DNA of 41,445 nucleotides from Sphingomonadaceae bacterium (GTDB lineage Bacteria; Chloroflexota; UBA6077): NCBI GenBank assembly GCA_050261575.1, contig JBLNDL010000012.1, positions 1 to 41,445 of the forward strand, read 5' to 3'. Shown piece by piece: positions 35,430 to 41,445 of this stretch (position 1 is its first letter; each line of letters starts with the position of its first letter). The notes under the pieces were generated by a model. It saw only the letters and a program-made list of their open reading frames with translations, ran no database searches and was not told where the DNA came from. The position numbers and the translations under genes were made by a program.

Positions 35430-36233
35430 CTAGTCGTCATCGTCTTCCTCATCGTGCGCCTCGACCCGCAGCCGCGGCGCCCTGGAAGAGCTCGCAGCCG
35501 TGGGGGGCGATCCGCCTCGGACCTCGGCTCGCCTGCCCTCGCGCTCGTGATCCTCGTCCTCGTGATCCTCGTCCTCGCGGTCGTCGTCCTCGTGCTCGTC
35601 CTCGTCGTCATCGCTGCGGCCGTTGGAGGCCGAGGCCAACAGCGCTGGCTCGGCACCGTTGTACAGCACCCTGCCGGTCGTGGCGTCGACGTAGACGGTG
35701 CCGCGGTCGAGGACCACTTCGTAGGCGACCGCACCCTGGAAGCTGATCAGCTCCGGCGTACCCTGGACCCGCGCCCCTGGCGCCACGCTGAGAGCGGTCG
35801 AAGCGGCGGCGTCGGCCGAAACGGGATACGGCGGTGCGGCGGGCGTGGCGACCTCGGCCGGTGCGGCGGGCGCCGCTGTGGATCGGCCGTCCACTGCTGC
35901 TGGCGGCGCCAGCGGCCGGCCGGCCGCTGGCTGCGCTGGCTCGGGCGCGTGATACCTCTGCTGCTCGATCTGCGCGTTCGCCCGGCTGATCTGATCGGCC
36001 GCCTGGCGCAACCGTTCGTTTGCGAGGTCGAGCGCCTCCCGGTAGGCGGCCTCGCGATCCGGGGTGAGCGTTGCCACTTGGTCCGGTTGTGATGTCGCCT
36101 CTGCAGAGACGGCTGAGGCGACTGACGTGCCCAGCCCGTTTGCCTGCCCCACGTAGGTGGCGAGCGCTCCGACCAGCACGAGGAGGAACGCCGTGATTGC
36201 ACCGGAGACGATGAAAGCTGTTCGCTGATTCAC
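35430..36233 (-). CDS. PepSY-domain exported protein with Asp/Glu/His-rich tail
   Basis: N-terminal TM, coiled coil, SADAAASTAL...AYEV....VYVDATTGRVL PepSY motif and EDEDHEDEDH repeats. AAAGGAG RBS before GTG 36233. Confidence 0.75.
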   Translation of the reverse strand: MNQRTAFIVSGAITAFLLVLVGALATYVGQANGLGTSVASAVSAEATSQPDQVATLTPDREAAYREALDLANERLRQAADQISRANAQIEQQRYHAPEPAQPAAGRPLAPPAAVDGRSTAAPAAPAEVATPAAPPYPVSADAAASTALSVAPGARVQGTPELISFQGAVAYEVVLDRGTVYVDATTGRVLYNGAEPALLASASNGRSDDDEDEHEDDDREDEDHEDEDHEREGRRAEVRGGSPPTAASSSRAPRLRVEAHDEEDDDD

Positions 36234-36304
36234 CCTGTGTTCTCCTTTCCTGCCTGAGCTTGGGACCCCTGGCTTCAAAGTTGCTGTGGCTATCGTCGGG
36301 GCAC

Positions 36305-36338
36305 AGACTATCGGTGGAAGCTTGGAATCGCCTTGGAA
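36305..36338 (-). promoter_or_regulatory. Putative OmpR-family box over the -35 region of the pepSY-apbE promoter
   Basis: CTTGGAA direct repeats at 36321-36327 and 36332-36338 (11-bp period). Minus-strand -10 TAGTCT at 36310-36305. Confidence 0.45.
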
Positions 36339-36399
36339 GCAGGGGGAGCTCACTTGCGAGCGCTCCCTGGACTCCGGGCTCTACGCTGAGAGGAGGCTG

Positions 36400-37071
36400 A
36401 TGGAACTGCTGCTGGTGGAGGACGATCCACGGATAGCCCGCCTCGTGGAACGGGGGCTCGTGGAAGCCGGGCATACCGTGGAGGTCGTCCGCGACGGCAC
36501 CGAAGGGCTGGTGCGCGGCGAGGCCGGCGCCCACGACCTCATCATCCTCGACGTACTGCTGCCGGAGATGGACGGGATCGAGATCTGCCGGACGCTTCGC
36601 CGCCAGGGGCTGCGCACGCCCATCCTGATGCTCACGGCGCGGGATGCCGTCTCCGATCGGGTGCGAGGTCTCGACGCCGGGGCGGACGACTACCTGGTGA
36701 AGCCCTTCGCCCTGGAGGAGCTGCTGGCCAGGGTGCGGGCTCTAAGCCGAAGGGCGCGGGACGGGGCGGACGAGGACTTGCTCCGGGTGGGCGACCTAGT
36801 GTTGAACGTGGCGCTGCGCGAGGCGCGGAGAGGGGACAAGACTATCGAACTCACTGCCAAGGAGTACTCCCTCCTGGTGTACCTGATGCGTCACGCCGGC
36901 AGGGCGCTCACCAAGGAGCAGATCACCGATCACGTCTGGGGCTACGATTCGGAAGCCACCTCCAACGTCGTGGAGATCTACATCCACTACCTGCGTGCCA
37001 AGGTGGATCGGGGTTTTGCGCGCCCGCTCATCAGGACGGTGCGCGGCGTGGGATACATGATCAAGGAATGA
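36400..37071 (+). CDS. OmpR/PhoB-family response regulator
   Basis: LLVEDD, ILDVLLP, LTARD, GADDYLVKPF and winged helix LTAKEY...VEIYIHYLR.K...TVRGVGY. Confidence 0.95.
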   Translation: MELLLVEDDPRIARLVERGLVEAGHTVEVVRDGTEGLVRGEAGAHDLIILDVLLPEMDGIEICRTLRRQGLRTPILMLTARDAVSDRVRGLDAGADDYLVKPFALEELLARVRALSRRARDGADEDLLRVGDLVLNVALREARRGDKTIELTAKEYSLLVYLMRHAGRALTKEQITDHVWGYDSEATSNVVEIYIHYLRAKVDRGFARPLIRTVRGVGYMIKE

Positions 37072-38339
37072 ACGAGACCTTCCGGCGGATCCGCTGGCGG
37101 CTGGCAGTCTGGAACCTGGTGGTGCTGGCAGCCATATTGCTGCTCCTCGGCTGGGCGGTGCAGGCCACCCTCTCCAGAACCCTTATGGAAGAGGTGGACC
37201 GCGATCTGGCCGACCGCGCCGCCATGCTCGCCAGCCGAGTGGAGGTGGAGGACGATGGGCGCGTGGACCTGGAGGACGACGAGCCGTCCCTGGGCGGGGC
37301 TTTCCTTCTGGTGCTCGGTCCCGACCGCCGGATCGTTGCCAACCCCCAGCGCGTAACCCTGGAGCCGTACTCGCTGGAGCTCGCGACCGGTAGGGACCCC
37401 GGCTACGCGGACTCGACGGTGTCCGGCGTGCCGGTCAGGCTGTATGCTTGGCCCCTGGTGGAGAGAAGACGAGCCCAGTTCACCCTGGTGGTGGGCCAGA
37501 GCGTGCAGCCGCAGCGGGACGCGCTCGGCCAGCTGCTTCTGATCCTCCTGGCCGGCGGGGGCGTAGGGCTTGTGCTGTCGCTGCTCGGAGCCTGGTTCCT
37601 GGCGGGGAGGGCGCTCGTCCCCATCCAACTCGCCTTCCATCGCCAGCAGGAGTTTGTCGCCGACGCCTCCCACGAGCTCCGCACTCCGCTGACGGTGCTG
37701 AGGACCATAGCCGACCTGCTGGACCGGCACCGTGCTGAACCCCTGGCAGCCAACAGCGAACTCTTCGACGATGCCAGGCGCGAGATCGGGCGCATGGAGA
37801 AGTTGGTGGGGGATCTGCTCACTCTGGCCCGCTCCGACCTGGGGGAGGCCGAACTCGCAATGGGTGAGCTGGACCTGGGCACCCTGGCCGACGAGGTGAC
37901 CGCCCGGATGGGGCTCCTGGCGGAGCAGCGAGGTGTTCGGCTGTCGCGGCAGAAGGAGGATCTGCCGCTCTTCGTGGAAGGAGACCCGGACCGGCTGCAG
38001 CAGGTCGTGGTGATCCTCTTGGACAACGCGCTGAAGGCCACGTCCGCCGGAGGCAGTGTCACCGTCGTCTCGAGACGGCTGGGCGCCAGCGCCTGCATCG
38101 AGGTAAAGGATACGGGCAAGGGGATTCCCCCCGAGCATCTCTCCAGGGTCTTCGACCGATTCTACAGGGTGGACAAAGCGCGCTCGAGGGAGCATGGGGG
38201 GGCGGGGCTCGGTCTAGCCATCGCGAGGTCGCTGGTGGAGGCCCATGGAGGGCAGTTGAGCCTGGATAGCGTCCTGGGCGCCGGAACCACGGCTAGAGTG
38301 TGCCTGCCTCTCGAAATGGGGAAAGGTAGGAGGGTGTGA
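37068..38339 (+). CDS. Sensor histidine kinase
   Basis: Two TM helices, H box DASHELRTPL, N box LLDNALK, D box DTGKGI, F box FDRFYR and G2 GAGLGLAI. Confidence 0.95.
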   Translation: MNETFRRIRWRLAVWNLVVLAAILLLLGWAVQATLSRTLMEEVDRDLADRAAMLASRVEVEDDGRVDLEDDEPSLGGAFLLVLGPDRRIVANPQRVTLEPYSLELATGRDPGYADSTVSGVPVRLYAWPLVERRRAQFTLVVGQSVQPQRDALGQLLLILLAGGGVGLVLSLLGAWFLAGRALVPIQLAFHRQQEFVADASHELRTPLTVLRTIADLLDRHRAEPLAANSELFDDARREIGRMEKLVGDLLTLARSDLGEAELAMGELDLGTLADEVTARMGLLAEQRGVRLSRQKEDLPLFVEGDPDRLQQVVVILLDNALKATSAGGSVTVVSRRLGASACIEVKDTGKGIPPEHLSRVFDRFYRVDKARSREHGGAGLGLAIARSLVEAHGGQLSLDSVLGAGTTARVCLPLEMGKGRRV

Positions 38340-38867
38340 GGATGTCGGTGCCATCGCCCACCCTTGGTCAGGTTCGCAATGCTTTCTCCGAACGATCAGC
38401 TTGCCACGCAGCATCCCCATCCGGCGGGTGAAGTAGTGCTCGCTGGGCTCGCCCGTGGCAGAGCAGCAGTCCTTCCAGTGGTTGCCTTCCACGCTCCGCC
38501 GACCCCGGCGCTACGAGAAAGCGCGTAGCACCCATCCTCGTATTTGCCGATGTGCCCCGCCCGCTCCCGCCGTAAACTCAGCCCGGGGCGAAGCGTGGGG
38601 AGACCACGCGATTGAAGGGAGGCAGACTCGCGACCGTGACCGTTTCGGGATCTACGACTACAATACGGCGGTGAACGGCGACGCTCGTCTCGCCCCTCGG
38701 GAGATGGCTGCCGATGTGGTGGAGCGCTCCCACCGCGATGTGGCCGAGGGCGCCGGCAGCTCTCGCGCCGTGACCGACTCATCGCCCGCCGGCGGCATCG
38801 CGAGGTCGCGGAGACAGCGACCAGGGCCGGCTGGCCTGGACGATCCTCGTCGCAAGGGAACGGTGAT

Positions 38868-40088
38868 TTGGACTCGAACGAGACAACGTGGACGAAAGAC
38901 GTAACGGTCTTCTTGGCTAGCCAGACCTTGTCGCTCTTTGGGACGTCGCTGGTTCAGTACGCGATCACGTGGTACATCACGTTGACGACACAGTCCGGCG
39001 TGATGATGACAATTTCGATCGTCTGCGGCTTCCTGCCCACCTTCTTCGTCTCACCTTTCGCGGGGGTATGGGCGGACAGGTACCACAGGCGGACGCTCAT
39101 CATCCTGGCGGACTCCACGATCGCGGTATCGACGCTCGTCCTTGCCATACTGTTCTACATGGGATACGGTACGGTCTGGCTGCTGTTCGTGATATCCGCC
39201 ATCCGTGCATTCGGTACTGGGATCCAGACGCCGGCCGTGGGAGCGTTCATTCCGCAACTCGTGCCGCAGGATGAGCTTACCAGGGTGAACGCAACCAACA
39301 GCAGCATCCAGTCACTGGTTGCTCTGGTGTCCCCGATGGTCAGTGGCGCGCTGCTTACCATGGCGTCGATCGAGACCGTGTTCTTCATCGACGTCGTCAC
39401 GGCAGCCACGGCGGTCTCGATTCTTCTGCTCTTCCTGCATGTTCCCGCCCACGCGAAGGCCTCGAACAGGCAAAGGATCAGCTACTGGGGCGACATGCGC
39501 GAAGGCATCGCCTATGTCAGGAACCACGGATTCGTCAGGACTGTCCTCCTGTTCAATGCGGTCTTCTTCACACTCGTCACGCCGCTGGCATTCTTGACGC
39601 CTCTGCAGGTCACGCGTAGCTTCGGCGACGACGTCTGGCGTCTGACGGCCATCGAGGTGTCCTTCTCCGCCGGCATGACGGTAGGTGGCATCATCATGGC
39701 ATCCTGGGGTGGACTGGAGAACAAGGTCCACTCGATGATCCTGGCCAACCTGGTTATCGCGCTTTGTACATTCGCGCTTGGCATCCCGCCTGTCTTCTGG
39801 GTCTACCTGCTGCTGATGGGAGTGATTGGGCTTGCGCTACCGGTCTTCAACACGCCGTTCATGGTCCTGATGCAGCAGAAGGTGGAGGGAGACTTCCTGG
39901 GCAGGGTGTTTGGCTTGGTTGGGATGATAGCGAGCGTCACGATGCCGATGTCGATGCTCGTGTTCGGGCCGGTAGCCGACCTGATCAGGATAGAATGGCT
40001 GCTCCTGGGAACCGGTCTGCTGATGGTGGTTCAGTGCCTCTTCATGCTGGGCAATAGGGTGCTGGTCGAGGCGGGAAAGCCGGTCTAG
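38868..40088 (+). CDS. MFS transporter, DHA3/MefA-like efflux family
   Basis: FLASQTLSLFG, GVWADRYHR motif A, multiple TM helices and LGRVFG. Confidence 0.88.
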   Translation: MDSNETTWTKDVTVFLASQTLSLFGTSLVQYAITWYITLTTQSGVMMTISIVCGFLPTFFVSPFAGVWADRYHRRTLIILADSTIAVSTLVLAILFYMGYGTVWLLFVISAIRAFGTGIQTPAVGAFIPQLVPQDELTRVNATNSSIQSLVALVSPMVSGALLTMASIETVFFIDVVTAATAVSILLLFLHVPAHAKASNRQRISYWGDMREGIAYVRNHGFVRTVLLFNAVFFTLVTPLAFLTPLQVTRSFGDDVWRLTAIEVSFSAGMTVGGIIMASWGGLENKVHSMILANLVIALCTFALGIPPVFWVYLLLMGVIGLALPVFNTPFMVLMQQKVEGDFLGRVFGLVGMIASVTMPMSMLVFGPVADLIRIEWLLLGTGLLMVVQCLFMLGNRVLVEAGKPV

Positions 40089-40530
40089 AGAAGCCTAGCG
40101 GTGATCGACGCCGCTCCAGGAGAGTTGGTTGCCTCTTCCTTGCGCATTCGGCCGTTTCCAGGGCGATCCATGAAGGCGGCAGCCGGTCGTTCGCTGTCGC
40201 CATGACGAGCGCCTCCGGCTGCTCGCGTTTCAGGGGCTGCATCTTTGCGTGCTCCACACGGGACAGTGCGATCCCGGAGGGGTGCACCTGATGTGGTTGT
40301 GCCTCACTTCCCACTCGAAAGCTCCTGGGAGCAGCGGGTGGCGCTGCCTCCGCTGGGGGGGAACACCGCACTCCGGCCGGAGCGGTGCCACCAGCCCGGT
40401 TTCCTTCCGGATTCCAGCCTCGGCCTGCATGCACGCTGGCACTTCTATTGCTTGCGGGCCGGTCTGTTCGCTTCGGGAAGCAATCCCTGGAAACCCACTA
40501 GGCGACTAGTGTGATGTGGAGGATGGGTCG

Positions 40531-41160
40531 ATGTCACGATTCACAGCGCGGCGCTCGATGAAGGCGCTAGTCTCCGTGCCCGCAGCCCTGGCGGTGATGA
40601 TTGCCGTTGCCGTCACCGCCTACGCGGCTCCCACTAGTGCGATCTCCATCAGCGACCTCACGCCGGCCAACGGCTCAACGGCGCCCGCGAACCAGGAGGT
40701 TGAGGTCTCGGGGTTCATCACCAGTGATAGCTCCATTCTGACGGAGAGCATCGTCGTCTCCATCGATGGCTCCAGTGCCGACGTCCAGTTGATCGTCGGC
40801 AGCCGGGCGGAGCGGGCCGGCTTCCGCACCACTCGGGCGTTCACCCCCGGCACCCACACGCTGACTGTGACCGCGACGAACACTAGCAACGAGCGGACAG
40901 AGGCATCGTCGGCCTTCACGGCCGTTGCGGGGGCTACCGTGGCGCCTGCACAGGTGGCTACTCCGGCTGCCACCGCGGCGCCGGCGCCAGCACCCGCCCA
41001 GGTAGCCGCCCCGGCTCCCACTCAGGCGACGGCGCAGATGCCTAAGCAGTTGCCGGCCCCGGGAGGTTTGCCGCTGGCTGCTGACTTCCCGGCTCTACTG
41101 GCGCTTGGCACCGCCCTGTCCCTGCTCGGCCTGAGGCTTCGGGCGGTTAGCGGAGACTAG
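40531..41160 (+). CDS. Secreted Ig-like-domain protein with LPxTG-like sorting signal
   Basis: Signal peptide (AYA), beta-rich TPANGS...GTHTLTVTAT, Pro/Ala linker, then LPAPG, a hydrophobic helix and RLR. Confidence 0.7.
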   Translation: MSRFTARRSMKALVSVPAALAVMIAVAVTAYAAPTSAISISDLTPANGSTAPANQEVEVSGFITSDSSILTESIVVSIDGSSADVQLIVGSRAERAGFRTTRAFTPGTHTLTVTATNTSNERTEASSAFTAVAGATVAPAQVATPAATAAPAPAPAQVAAPAPTQATAQMPKQLPAPGGLPLAADFPALLALGTALSLLGLRLRAVSGD

Positions 41161-41445
41161 GAATCCACGGCAGTCCGGCCGTCTCCCTATGGCCTCGCCG
41201 ATTCCGTGGATGATGTGCATGTCGCGGCGCATCTGTCGCCCTCAGTCGTGTCGTCGCTCGTCGATGCTCCGTATACGTGCACGCTGCTCGGCCTAACCTC
41301 CGTCCGCGAATCCTCCAAACCCTTCATCCGGACCTGCATCCGCTGATCCAGCCCCCCTCGGGCGGCGCCCCCCCGGCGCCCCCCCCGCGGGCGGTGGGGT
41401 AACCCCGGGGCCCCCGCGGGGGCGGGGCGGGTACCAGACCCCCCC

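Noticed and set aside
38340..38860. Short ORFs between the kinase and the MFS gene
   Set aside because: No recognisable motifs or consistent RBS. Possibly gene debris.
40170..40300. c-di-GMP-I riboswitch-like ACGCAAAG...CCTGAA on the minus strand
   Set aside because: The GNRA-capped first hairpin and the pairing partners are not identifiable, and there is no downstream gene in that orientation. An Infernal search would be needed.

Overview
GC-rich bacterial window, probably Chloroflexota (inferred from protein styles, not verified). It has four parts. (1) 1-15.3 kb: an ADP-forming acyl-CoA ligase, nfeD, a HAD hydrolase, two response regulators, rex, a DUF255/YyaL protein, and a deeply divergent dsrA-dsrB-[Zn-ribbon]-dsrN-[70 aa]-DUF169 cluster. 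No dsrC, dsrD, dsrMK or dsrL is present in the window. (2) tRNA-Sec at 15331-15426. (3) An 11.2-kb element integrated in tRNA-Sec and bounded by 65-bp direct repeats (15363-15427 and 26534-26598). It carries a tyrosine integrase, Xis-like HTH proteins, a primase-helicase with an embedded iteron-like origin, a TerS-like gene, a large terminase split into separate ATPase and nuclease genes, and a MuF-like toxin/immunity pair. It has no recognisable portal, capsid or tail genes. (4) 26.6-41.4 kb: IS5 and GIY-YIG relics, a LacI operon (two FAD oxidoreductases plus an orphan TctC), an ApbE/ferric-reductase-like flavinylation cluster with a two-component system, an MFS exporter and a sortase-type surface protein. 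The strongest candidates for undescribed systems are the capsid-less split-terminase satellite and the early-branching DsrAB-like module. Family calls are by motif recognition only; no database searches were run.
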